The notes: a model not told the origin generated them from the letters alone. Shown: positions 39,855 through 49,557, counted from the first letter of the stretch. The stretch: DNA of 64,000 nucleotides from Candidatus Latescibacterota bacterium (GCA_965205485.1 OZ242180.1:1440001-1504000), one strand, 5' to 3'. Numbers and translations: made by a program.

Positions 39855-42800
39855 TTATTCGGAATTCGCTTTTTCCCTGAGACCGTACCGGCTCATCATC
39901 TTTTGCAGACCGTTTCGACTCAGCCCCAGTTGGCGCGCGGCGCGGGAAATATTGCCGCCACACTGGTCGAGCGCTTCCACGATCATCCGCCTCTCGAGGG
40001 ACGCAACGCGGGACTTGAAGTAACTTCCCTCCCCGGACCTGAGTTGCTCGGCAAGCCCGATTCTCTCTGAGAACAGGTCGGCGGAGACCTCTTTGCCTTC
40101 CTCCACAAGGGCAATCGCACGCCTGATCTCGTTCTCCAGTTCACGTACGTTGCCCGGCCATCCGTGGTCCATCAATGCCCGCATGGCCGCTACCGTGAAA
40201 CCCGGAACCGCCTTATTCTGGTCCGCGCAAAGACGGTTCACAATGTGTTCGCATAACAATGGTATGTCTTCAATGTGGCTGCGCAGAGGGGGCATTTCGA
40301 TCTGCAACACACGCAGTCTGTAATACAGATCCTCCCGAAACAGCCCGTTCCGCACATCCGCTTCCAGGTCGCGATTCGTCGCCGCGATCACCCGCACGTC
40401 CACGTTCCGCACCTCTGCCTCGCCCACCCGCTGGATTTCCCCGTCCTGAAGCACCCGCAACAGGCTCGATTGGAGCTGTGCAGATGCGTTTCCAATCTCG
40501 TCCAGGAAGACCGTGCCGCCGTGCGCGGATACAAACAATCCCTTCCGGTCCGACGACGCCCCGGTAAAAGCACCCTTCCTGTGTCCGAACAGTTCGCTCT
40601 GAAGCAGCTCGTGGGTCATTGCGGCGCAGTTGGCGGAGAGAAACGGCTTCGCCTTGCGTTCGCTCCGGTTATGGATAGCCCGGGCAGCCAGTTCCTTGCC
40701 CGTTCCCGTCTCTCCCTGTATGAGCACGGTCATGTCGCTTTCAGCCGCAACTTCCACCAGCTTGAAAACCTCCTGCATAGCGTCGCTCTGCCCAACGAGT
40801 TCTCCCAGACGGTAGCTGTCCCCGGCTTGTTGCTGCAAGAAAAGCGCACGTTCCTGGATCCGGGAGTACATCCGGGCGTTGACAACCGCGATCGACACCA
40901 GGTTCCCGAACGCCGACAAAAGGGCGCGGTCTTTTTCGGTAAACAGATCCTCGAGCTCCCTGTGGTCCATGTAGAGCGCGCCAATAACGCCAGATTCCCC
41001 GTGCCGTAGCGGCACGCACAAAACCGAACGGATGCCGTAATCGGTAACACTCGACCTCTGCCTGAATCGTTCGTCTACTCGAGCGTCCAAGCTCAATACC
41101 GGCTCGTTTCGCTCCATCGTCCACTTGATGACTCCGCGGCTGATCTTATGCGTCTCGACGTCGTCCAGATTATGCCTGCGTGCCACTTCGACATGAACAG
41201 CGTCTTCGTCCTTTAACGCAATCAACACGCGTTCGGCCCGGCTCACTTTCTTCAAACGGTCCAGAATCCGGTCCAGAAGCACGTTCAGGTCCAGGACCGC
41301 CGTCAAGTCCTCCGAAGCCTGGTAAAGCGTTAGCAGATGCTCCTCGGAAAGCGCAGTGACCATTTCCTTTGCGGGCAACGCCATTTCAACTTCCTCAGCA
41401 ACCCGCTCCAGAAGATGGGCCGCCTTCCCGGCAAGATAGCGCAGATTCAGCCGTTCGGCAGCCTCGCGGGCGTCTTCCAAGTACCGCCGGGCATCGGCGA
41501 GACGCCGCCGCTCTAAATAGTACTCGCCCGCAACGAGTAACAGATTTAACTGTCTTGTATCCTCTGGCGAAACGTCGACCTGCGATGCCTCATCAAGAAG
41601 GGTATCGACTTCCTCATGCAGGCCGGCCGCGGCAAGCGATTTTGCCTTCGCGATCCAGATTCTGGCGCGGACATCTTCACCGTACTCCACGCCAGGCCAG
41701 GCCCGTTCGGCCCAGGACAGCGCCTCTTCAACGCGGCCGGTTTCGGCCAGGGTCTCAGCCAGCAATCCGCAGGCTATGAAATACTCTTCCCCGCGCCCAC
41801 TTTCCGATAGCAGCCGTTCCGCCTCTCGCGCATGCGCTTCTGCACGGGCGGAATCTCCCTGCTTTAGTGCAATCTCGCACAGATAGAGATACGCGTGCGC
41901 CTCCCCACTCTCTGACCCGCGTCTGCTCCAGTATTCTCGTTTTTCTTGAAACATCTCCTCTGCCCGATCAAAATCTCCCAACCAAATATTGATGCGGCCC
42001 AACAGATAATTGCAAGTATTCCGATAGACGCGGTCTCCCTCCTGGTCCAGCAGATCCAACGAAGATTCTAGAAGGGTTTTGGCCTCTTCAATCTGATTCG
42101 TGTTTTCGGCTGCGAACGCCAGATAGATCAGGGCACGCGCATCGTTGGCCGCTCCTCCCAATTCCCGGCACTTTTCAGCGGCTAAATCACAATACCTAAC
42201 AGTCCCATCCACATTTTTCAGGCCCAGGCAGGTATTCTGCAAGAGCCCCAGAACCTGGAGTTCATTTTCATCGTCACCCAGATTCCGGTATAGACCCAGA
42301 GCCTCAGACAGCACCGACTCCGCCCTTTGAAAATCACCCGAAGTTGAGTGGATTATCCCCAACATTCTCAATGCGTACGCCTTCTGCGCGGGCGTTTTGT
42401 CGGACGCCCAATGCATGATCCTTTCCAACTCGCGCCGCGCTTCATCAAACCGGTCGCATCCGCAAAGCGACTCGGCGTAGACGCAGAGAAAATCCAGGTG
42501 CGCCAACGACCCGACGGATATGCTGCCCTGCACATCACGTGAAAACGCGCCTTTTTCAATAACCGCTTCGAACTGTTCAAGAGCGCGGGAGAAATAATGC
42601 ATCCGCAGCGCCACGCGGCCGGATGCCGTCACGTACCGCACCATTTTTTCCAGGTTGTTAGATCTTGAAAAGTGATAGGCCAGGTCATCCAGCGTCTCCG
42701 AGCCGCCGGACTCGGACCGCGTCTCCAGGGCCCTGCCTGCCTCCTGGTGAAGCAACGCACGTCTGTTTTCGGATATGCCGTCGTATACAGCCCGTTGGAT

Positions 42801-44759
42801 AAGTCCATGCGAAAACCGGTACCGTCCGTCGCGGTCTTGAAAATCTTTCAAAAGGCCCAGGCGGACGTGTCCTTCCAGCGTCTCCAACAGCTGCAGTTCG
42901 TCTTCGCGCCAGACCTCTGCAATCAGGTCGAATGAAAACGCGCCGCGAAAAATAGAGGCATATTCCAGGGCTTGCCTCTGAGCCGAACGAAGCCGTCCCA
43001 GGCGCAACTCAATGGCCTGCATAATGCCCGAAGGCATCGGCCATTCCCCGGATTCCGGCCACCTCCAGCCGCCGGCCGAATCCCTCCAAATCAAGCCTTC
43101 TTCCACCGAACCGCGGATCAGTTCGACGACAAACAGAGGGTTTCCCCCGGTCTCCCTGAAAATCCTGCGAGCTTCCTCCTCGGGGACCGCCTGCTCGCCA
43201 AGCAGGGACGCAGCCAGATTCGCCGTCTCCTCCATTTCGAGAGGATCGAGTTGAAAATGCACAACGCCCGGCGCATCCGGCCCTTTTGTCAGGTTGCCAA
43301 TTCCCGGTGGCAGCGGATCTTCGTCCACCTTGCGGCAGGCGAGCCCGAAGACGAGGGGCACTGGATCAGGATCTCTCCTCATAAAGTCCAGGAACCGCAG
43401 GGTCAGTTCGTCGGCCCATTGCAGGTCTTCGATGCATACAAGGGTGGGTGTTTCACGGCTAAGGTCGCCGAGAAGCTCCGACAAAGTCTCCATCGCCGGG
43501 TACGGATCCGGCTGATCGGCGGGCGCCGGCCTTTCGATTAGCGTTAGAACTCGCCTGACGGATGCTTCCAGGTCCGATTCCTGCGTGCCCGGCTGTTCCG
43601 CGATGTCGCGCAGGGCTTCCAGGAATGGACCGAATGGAGGGCCGGCGTTTTCATAGCAACGCCCGGTGAGAACGCGCATTCCCTGAACGCGAGCATCGGC
43701 CTGAAACTCTTCCAGAACCTGGGATTTCCCGATACCGGCCACCCCGCTCACCAGCACCACGCGCCCCCTCCCGTGACCGGTTTCCCTCAGGATCTCCCGT
43801 AACGCCTTGATCTCACGTTCTCGCCCCTGGAATTGAGGCTGCAGAACGGGAGCGTCCGTTGTGCCCTCGACGTGAGGTGGACTGAAACAATCGTCGCCTC
43901 GCTCCTGATCGGACCCGGCTTCCTCCTTATCCGTTAAATCGTGCAGCAGGCTCCCTGCGGAACTGTAGCGGTCAATGGGCTCCTTCTCCAGCAGCTTCAT
44001 GACTGATTCTTCGATCGGGGAAGAAGCGCCGCCGGCAGACGGGCGCGGCGGTGGGGGCAGGTCTCTCAAGTGCTGGAACATCACCGAAGCCGGGTTCTCG
44101 CCCGTGAAGGGCGGTCTCCCGGTGAGAATCTCGTACAGGACGACACCCAGAGAATACAGGTCGGACCGCTGATCCGTTCGCCGGGCACGGATCTGTTCGG
44201 GAGACATGTACTCCACGGTCCCGGTCGGTCTGCCCGGCGGCGTCACACGCGGTTCCGCGGACTCCCGGAAACGGGCCAGACCCAGGTCCAGAATCGCAAC
44301 CTCGGGTTTGCCCTCTATTTCGGAAATCATGATATTCGAAGGCTTCAAGTCCCGGTGTACCACACCCTGTTCGTGGATATACGCCAGCCCCTCTCCGATC
44401 TGGCGGATGAGCGGAAGGAGCCATGCCGTTCTCAACCTCTCAAGGTCTTCCGCGCTGGCGATCAGGTCGGATAAGGGGCGGCCCTGGATATAATCCATGG
44501 AAAAGTACGGCTTCCCCGCGTGTAATCCCCACTTGTGGGACCGGACAATCCGCGCATGCCGGATTCTGCAGAGAATATTGAACTCCCTCAGGAATCTCCG
44601 CTGGGCCTCGTCTCCCACGATATTCAACATCTTCAGCGCGACCGTGGCGTCATCGTTTACATCGCGCGCACGGTATACGGTACCCAGCCCACCGCTGCCA
44701 ATCGCAGCAAGGATCTCGTAACGCCCGTCGACAACCGTTCCTGCTTCGAGTTCAGACAT
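39855..44759 (-). CDS. Ser/Thr kinase - AAA_16/STAND ATPase - TPR - GAF - sigma54 activator - Fis HTH fusion
   Basis: Kinase: GSGGLG, VALK, HRDLKPSN, DLG, GTVEYMSPEQ. STAND: GVAGIGKS, IEDLQWAD. GAF: SVLCVPL. Activator: GETGTGKE, GAFTGA, FLDEIG, REDLYYRL, WPGNVRELEN, then an HTH. Likely start MSELE at 44759. Confidence 0.93.
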   Translation of the reverse strand: MSELEAGTVVDGRYEILAAIGSGGLGTVYRARDVNDDATVALKMLNIVGDEAQRRFLREFNILCRIRHARIVRSHKWGLHAGKPYFSMDYIQGRPLSDLIASAEDLERLRTAWLLPLIRQIGEGLAYIHEQGVVHRDLKPSNIMISEIEGKPEVAILDLGLARFRESAEPRVTPPGRPTGTVEYMSPEQIRARRTDQRSDLYSLGVVLYEILTGRPPFTGENPASVMFQHLRDLPPPPRPSAGGASSPIEESVMKLLEKEPIDRYSSAGSLLHDLTDKEEAGSDQERGDDCFSPPHVEGTTDAPVLQPQFQGREREIKALREILRETGHGRGRVVLVSGVAGIGKSQVLEEFQADARVQGMRVLTGRCYENAGPPFGPFLEALRDIAEQPGTQESDLEASVRRVLTLIERPAPADQPDPYPAMETLSELLGDLSRETPTLVCIEDLQWADELTLRFLDFMRRDPDPVPLVFGLACRKVDEDPLPPGIGNLTKGPDAPGVVHFQLDPLEMEETANLAASLLGEQAVPEEEARRIFRETGGNPLFVVELIRGSVEEGLIWRDSAGGWRWPESGEWPMPSGIMQAIELRLGRLRSAQRQALEYASIFRGAFSFDLIAEVWREDELQLLETLEGHVRLGLLKDFQDRDGRYRFSHGLIQRAVYDGISENRRALLHQEAGRALETRSESGGSETLDDLAYHFSRSNNLEKMVRYVTASGRVALRMHYFSRALEQFEAVIEKGAFSRDVQGSISVGSLAHLDFLCVYAESLCGCDRFDEARRELERIMHWASDKTPAQKAYALRMLGIIHSTSGDFQRAESVLSEALGLYRNLGDDENELQVLGLLQNTCLGLKNVDGTVRYCDLAAEKCRELGGAANDARALIYLAFAAENTNQIEEAKTLLESSLDLLDQEGDRVYRNTCNYLLGRINIWLGDFDRAEEMFQEKREYWSRRGSESGEAHAYLYLCEIALKQGDSARAEAHAREAERLLSESGRGEEYFIACGLLAETLAETGRVEEALSWAERAWPGVEYGEDVRARIWIAKAKSLAAAGLHEEVDTLLDEASQVDVSPEDTRQLNLLLVAGEYYLERRRLADARRYLEDAREAAERLNLRYLAGKAAHLLERVAEEVEMALPAKEMVTALSEEHLLTLYQASEDLTAVLDLNVLLDRILDRLKKVSRAERVLIALKDEDAVHVEVARRHNLDDVETHKISRGVIKWTMERNEPVLSLDARVDERFRQRSSVTDYGIRSVLCVPLRHGESGVIGALYMDHRELEDLFTEKDRALLSAFGNLVSIAVVNARMYSRIQERALFLQQQAGDSYRLGELVGQSDAMQEVFKLVEVAAESDMTVLIQGETGTGKELAARAIHNRSERKAKPFLSANCAAMTHELLQSELFGHRKGAFTGASSDRKGLFVSAHGGTVFLDEIGNASAQLQSSLLRVLQDGEIQRVGEAEVRNVDVRVIAATNRDLEADVRNGLFREDLYYRLRVLQIEMPPLRSHIEDIPLLCEHIVNRLCADQNKAVPGFTVAAMRALMDHGWPGNVRELENEIRRAIALVEEGKEVSADLFSERIGLAEQLRSGEGSYFKSRVASLERRMIVEALDQCGGNISRAARQLGLSRNGLQKMMSRYGLREKANSE

Positions 44760-44913
44760 AGTTAACCCGGCGAAATATTCCCTATGTAAACGTGATTCAT
44801 CCACATCTTCCAGTAAGAAACTACGTGTGGATTCGGTTCTGGCAATTCCACGATGTCGAAAACTAGTCGCGCAAAGGGATAGAGTGCAGGTCGGAGACGG
44901 CTTCGCCAATGAC

Positions 44914-44995
44914 GTTTCAGCAGTCAGCTAAGCCCCTTGCAGCCCACCACCGGTTTGGTGGGGGATGGGTGGACTGACGGCTGAGAGCTGACAGC
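44914..44995. repeat. Element bounded by inverted TCAGC heptamer arrays
   Basis: TTTCAGCAGTCAGC ... GACTGACGGCTGAGAGCTGACAGC; same family at 55016 and 60631-60991. Confidence 0.6.
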
Positions 44996-45057
44996 TTTCT
45001 CGCGGGAAACTCCATTGAAACCCACCGAGGGTGCGAACGCCCCAGTCAGATTTCCAA

Positions 45058-46929
45058 TCAACAATCACTTACGGATAACGTCTGTCCGCCGGATGGCACC
45101 CACCATTCCAGAAAATCGGTCCACCCCGAGGGATACCAGTTCACCCCTCGAAACCGCCGGCTGTAGGCCGTTACGCCCCGTCCTACAAACAGAAACGTAT
45201 AGGGCTGTTCCTCGAACAGGATTTCCTGGAGCCTTCGGTAGAGTGAAATCCGCCGTTCCGCGTCAAACGTACGGCGATACCGTTCCATTATCCGGTCCGC
45301 CTCTTCATTCTCGAAACACGCATAATTCCCGCCGTCCCGGACCTGCGACGAGTGCCAGCTTGAATAAAGATCGAGCGGAACGGCCGGATGGGTTCCTCCG
45401 CCGGAGAACAGCGCATCGAACTCCCGCTTTCGCAGCCGCTGCAGGTAAATGGAACGATCGATTTCACGTACGTTACAGACGATTCCCACGTCCGCCAGTT
45501 CGTCTTGCAGAACCAGGCCGATGTCCTTGCTGAGTTGAGAACCTGCTGCTACCAGGAATTCAAACCTGAATTCGGTCCTGACGCCGTCCACAGCCCGATC
45601 CAGAACGCCGTCGCCGTCCGAATCGAGCCAGCCAGCCGCCTGAAGCAATTCAGCGGCACGATCGCGGTCGTATTCGAGTGGTTCCAGGCCGGCGTAATAT
45701 TCCGGACGGGACATATGCACCGGTCCGTCGATGGTAACGCCGAGTCCATAGATCAGATCCCGGATAATACTGCTGCGCGGCGTCAGATGCGACATCGCCC
45801 TGCGGACCCGCCTATCTCGAAAAATCGGATGCGAATTGTTCCATACGATGTAATTGATACCGCTGGCGTACCGGATGGCCTTGAGAAAGCGCGACGTAAA
45901 TTCAGGCGACCAGCTCTTCTCCTTGAACGGCAACGGATACATATTCAAAACGTCCAGGTTTCCATTGGTCAGTTCGATAAACGCCGCATCCGGATTAATC
46001 ACCACTTTGAAAACCAGTTTATCGACAAAACCGGAAGGGGGAAGGTCCTTCCTGCCGGTCCCCCAATAGTTCGGGTTACGATCCAGAACGGTCTTCCCGG
46101 TTGACGCCGCGTCTTCCGCGGAAGAAGCCAGCACGTAGGGGCCGGACCCCAGGACGCTACGGTTGAAATCCCTGTTGAACCGCTCCGCGAAACGGCGCAC
46201 CAGGTCGGCCTCCGGGCCCGCTTGCCAGGAACTGTCGATGAGCGCCTCGATGGATACGCTATCCATCAACCCGTCCGGGTCGTAGAAATGTTTCGGCAGG
46301 ATCCACCTTCGTCCAATGTTGATTGCATTATAGAAATAGGGTTCGCCGTAAACAAACGTGATCCTGTAGGGTCCCTCCAGCCGGACCGCTTTGAGGTCCT
46401 TGAACCCGCTTCGCATGTATCCGGATAACTGGACCTCCGGATTCTTGATCACCTTGAAGCTGAACAAGACGTCCGCCGCGGTCACAGGCCTGCCGTCCGA
46501 AAAACGGGCATCTTCTCGAATGTCGAACGTATATGAAAGCTTGTCCGGGGAAACCGCCGGATAAGCGACGGCCAGTTCACCCTTGAATTGGTACGGAGGG
46601 GTGTTCTCCATATACAACAGTGACTCGAACATGTTCTCCAGGATTCTGTGAGAACCATAGTCCATCTTTCCGTACGGATTGAACGTTGCCGGCTGGGAAA
46701 ACGCATGGAGTACCAGCCAGTCTCCGTAGACGGGACCGTCATTCCCGGTGTAACGCGGCGAGACCTTCTCGGTCCCGTCCAGCACGATCAGCCCCTGATC
46801 CTCCGCGAGTATCTTCTCTACTTTTTTCCATATTTCACCGGCGCCAGCCTCTGCAACGAAGAAGCTGAGGAAATGCGTCAGAGCGAACAAAACCGTACTT
46901 GCAAATGGTGTTTTCAAAGGGTCCACCAT
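45058..46929 (-). CDS. Peptide/nickel ABC transporter substrate-binding protein (family 5)
   Basis: FSDGRPVTAADVLFSF, GSGPY, RNPNYWG, DRRVRRAM, GWLDSDGDGVLD. Start MVDPL at 46929 preferred because 46983 lies inside the repeat. Confidence 0.9.
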   Translation of the reverse strand: MVDPLKTPFASTVLFALTHFLSFFVAEAGAGEIWKKVEKILAEDQGLIVLDGTEKVSPRYTGNDGPVYGDWLVLHAFSQPATFNPYGKMDYGSHRILENMFESLLYMENTPPYQFKGELAVAYPAVSPDKLSYTFDIREDARFSDGRPVTAADVLFSFKVIKNPEVQLSGYMRSGFKDLKAVRLEGPYRITFVYGEPYFYNAINIGRRWILPKHFYDPDGLMDSVSIEALIDSSWQAGPEADLVRRFAERFNRDFNRSVLGSGPYVLASSAEDAASTGKTVLDRNPNYWGTGRKDLPPSGFVDKLVFKVVINPDAAFIELTNGNLDVLNMYPLPFKEKSWSPEFTSRFLKAIRYASGINYIVWNNSHPIFRDRRVRRAMSHLTPRSSIIRDLIYGLGVTIDGPVHMSRPEYYAGLEPLEYDRDRAAELLQAAGWLDSDGDGVLDRAVDGVRTEFRFEFLVAAGSQLSKDIGLVLQDELADVGIVCNVREIDRSIYLQRLRKREFDALFSGGGTHPAVPLDLYSSWHSSQVRDGGNYACFENEEADRIMERYRRTFDAERRISLYRRLQEILFEEQPYTFLFVGRGVTAYSRRFRGVNWYPSGWTDFLEWWVPSGGQTLSVSDC

Positions 46930-46970
46930 TGAATGATAGGCTTTATCACGCTTAATCACCCGCTGCAAAT

Positions 46971-47332
46971 CACACCTGTCCAAAATCGTCTTTTTTAACT
47001 GCTATCACGACATGATCCACATGTAACCGGAGCGAGGGCATCCTGCCCTCGAATTTCGCGTCACCTACCGCTATTCGCGTAGAGAGACTGACGCGTCCAT
47101 TCAATCGGACACCGGTTCTCGGAAAACACCGTGTGCGACGAGTTATCCGATGTCGAGGGCAGGATGCCCTCGCTCCCGGGAACGCCAACCACGCGGGTCC
47201 GAAATCGGTTTCTGTCCTGGACAGCCGTTGCCAATAGAGGGGGATCTGCATTGGCGCTTCGAAGCGACTGTCTAGAAAACCAGGTACTTACGCATTCAAG
47301 ATCGTCTTTTTCAAACTATCTTGGACAGCAGT
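46971..47332. mobile_element. ~360-bp MITE/REPIN-like element, copy 2
   Basis: Collinear with 23373-23734, same orientation. Confidence 0.75.
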
Positions 47333-47382
47333 AAGTTGGAATGATGACGGAAACCAGGTCTTGATGGCTCATGTTCAACACG

Positions 47383-47410
47383 AAATACGCCCCCGGCGGT
47401 ACCGGAGGCG
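47383..47410 (-). terminator. Probable intrinsic terminator
   Basis: CGCCTCCGG-TACCG-CCGGGGGCG, a 9-bp stem followed by TATTT. Confidence 0.5.
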
Positions 47411-47782
47411 CGCAAAGGTCATCGATTTTTTTTAGGTGCTGGCAAGCGGCTGGTTTGGTCTACCGACAGATCGGGAAATGGCGATGCGCCGTCAGAATGG
47501 AAAGAATCCCACGACCCGTCCGGTCTTCGAGCCGCAGCCCGGAACTCTTTTGTCTTCGATCTTTCGTTACACCCATCGGGAATCGAACCCGTGCCAGAAT
47601 TCTGATCTAACATAACGTCAACGGATGCTGCTTACCGTTTACTACCGAACCGCTGGCGCCCGTGTAAGTAGCACTACCTTCCTGGCAACTCAACGGTCTC
47701 CGGAAATCACGAACAACTCCTCCGAATTCGGCCCATGAACGGCTTTACAATCGCGCGGACGAAGCATGGCCGAAAGCGCAAG

Positions 47783-47811
47783 AATATATGCGCGAACTAA
47801 TGTACTGTCAA
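47783..47811 (-). promoter_or_regulatory. Sigma70-type promoter
   Basis: TTGACA-N17-TATATT; boxes identical to those of the tmRNA promoter. Confidence 0.65.
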
Positions 47812-48007
47812 GGGCGGGCGGCTCTCATAGGTCAAGACTTCATCGGCGGCGATATAAAAAACCGTCGCATTGTTGAAATAGCGCTGAAGTTCGGATAAAC
47901 AAAAATAGCCGATGTTGTGGACGGAAGTCGAAATCGAACCCGCGTGCGACGGCAGACCAACGACAGCGCCTACGCCGGTGGTTCATCCGTCTGCGGTGGT
48001 CCGGACG

Positions 48008-48097
48008 TTAAGGGAAACTGACGGCGTTGAGTTCCACCGCGTAGCGGGGATCGAACGTCTCGCCGGTGCCGTTGGCGCCCTGGATGCGATCAATCAC
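48008..48097 (-). pseudogene. Remnant of an AbiEii-type toxin gene
   Basis: GTG overlapping the antitoxin end encodes MIDRIQGANGTGETFDPRYAVELNAVSFP. The position is that of a coupled abiEii; family assignment is from recalled sequences. Confidence 0.55.
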
Positions 48098-48914
48098 CGG
48101 CGTCCGCCCTGACCCAGGTTTCGGGGATCCGGAGTCTCCATCTTGTGATCAGCCGCGGCGATTTGAGCGCCGGATCGAGTTTGGCGTGACCCTTGGTGAG
48201 GCGTTCCCGGCAGGGTTCGACCAGCGTGGCGCCGTCGGGGTGACGTTCTGCAAGAAAGCCGAGACGCTTGAACACCGCGCCATTGCCGAGACGCGAAGCG
48301 TAACCGATCAGCGTGGCATCATCGCGGTTTCTGCTGTTGAGATAGTTCGACAGGCAGTCGGAAACGTGCTGGATTCCTCCCCCCACGGCCGGATCGTCCA
48401 GAATATCGACCATTGTGCGATGAATGTCGGAGACCAGGATCCTGCTTTTGCCGCGCCAAATGGACCTGGTACCGAAGATTTCGCCTGCTTTGATATGTTT
48501 GAGACTGAATCGTATGCCCTGTAGCCGCTGGGACTTCTGGCGTACCGGCCGACTTGTCAACACGACAATGTCGTTGAAAATCTGTTCGGTAAGGTCCCAG
48601 TGCTCCGCGGCGCTGCGCCCCCCGATATAGGCTGGATCGAAAAGGCCTGGTACTAATATCCAGGGATCATCGAGTACAAGGCTGCTGCCGAGCATTTCGA
48701 TTGGCACCGGAAGGTAGACGCCGCGTCCAACCCGTCGAAACCAGCCCTGCTTCATCCACCGTGACAGCTGCTTTGCAGCCTCGTTTCGGGAGATATCGAG
48801 CGCGGATCGGGCGTCGTCAATATGAACGACGTCACCCGCCTCGTTCAGGACGGCGGCGAGACGCCTGCGCGATGCCGGAAATGTGGATTCGACACGGATC
48901 ATGGTATAATACAA
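48090..48914 (-). CDS. Type IV toxin-antitoxin AbiEi-family antitoxin
   Basis: wHTH (LSRWMKQGWFRRVGRGVY), YIGGRSAAEHWDLTEQI, SDIHRTMVDILDDP, GNGAVFKRLGFL. Confidence 0.85.
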   Translation of the reverse strand: MYYTMIRVESTFPASRRRLAAVLNEAGDVVHIDDARSALDISRNEAAKQLSRWMKQGWFRRVGRGVYLPVPIEMLGSSLVLDDPWILVPGLFDPAYIGGRSAAEHWDLTEQIFNDIVVLTSRPVRQKSQRLQGIRFSLKHIKAGEIFGTRSIWRGKSRILVSDIHRTMVDILDDPAVGGGIQHVSDCLSNYLNSRNRDDATLIGYASRLGNGAVFKRLGFLAERHPDGATLVEPCRERLTKGHAKLDPALKSPRLITRWRLRIPETWVRADAGD

Positions 48915-49151
48915 TATCTATATTTCACTAAAATTGTGAATTGATATCAATACAATATACTAAAGGAAGGTTTCAGTCGCAAGACGATTTGATATAATTC
49001 AATGTAGATTTTTCTCAATTATTACGAATTAAACGAATTAGATTATACTACTATAGTCACAGTCTCAAAGGGCGTCCGGATCATACAACAAAACTCCAAC
49101 TCACAATGCGTACATGATTCCTCACGTTGGCAGGATTCGGTACGGCATTGA

Positions 49152-49414
49152 AATCCCCCCCACCGCATCAGCCGTCGCCAGCCCCTTCGACATTTCGACG
49201 AGCACAATGCTGCCAGGCTCTGGGCAGGTTATGAGACTTCCAACGGCGGTTCAATGAACCAAATAACGCGTGGTCATTGAGCTTGTCGAAATGCCCGCTA
49301 TTCAACGGCCCTTCGACACCCTTCGCCGGGCCCTTCGACAATCCTTCGGCAGGCTCAGGACAGCGGCTCAGGGTCCGGCTCGGCTTCTGCGACTCCCCCT
49401 CAAGGGGGGAATGA
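49152..49414. repeat. Composite REP-like element (reverse copy, more complex core)
   Basis: Reverse complement of the 8534/14543 shell, with several CTGAGC..CGAAGG and CATTTCGACAAGCTCAATG units. Confidence 0.75.
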
Positions 49415-49476
49415 TACGGATGTGCACAATATGAAAAAACGTCCCTGCTGTAATTCCCTCGACGGCATCGGGTACT

Positions 49477-49537
49477 AAAATAAAGGCCGGGCGATCTGTG
49501 AGTCGCAACCATTCGCGACGCACAGATCACCCGGCCC
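49477..49537 (-). terminator. Long hairpin terminator after tmRNA
   Basis: GGCCGGGTGATCTGTGCGTCGCGAA..TTGCGACTCACAGATCGCCCGGCC followed by TTTATTTT. Confidence 0.75.
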
Positions 49538-49557
49538 TGAGTTCTTATGCGTTCAAT

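Noticed and set aside
47568..47628. Canonical tRNA or second tmRNA
   Set aside because: Too short for D and anticodon arms, no CCA end, no tag frame.
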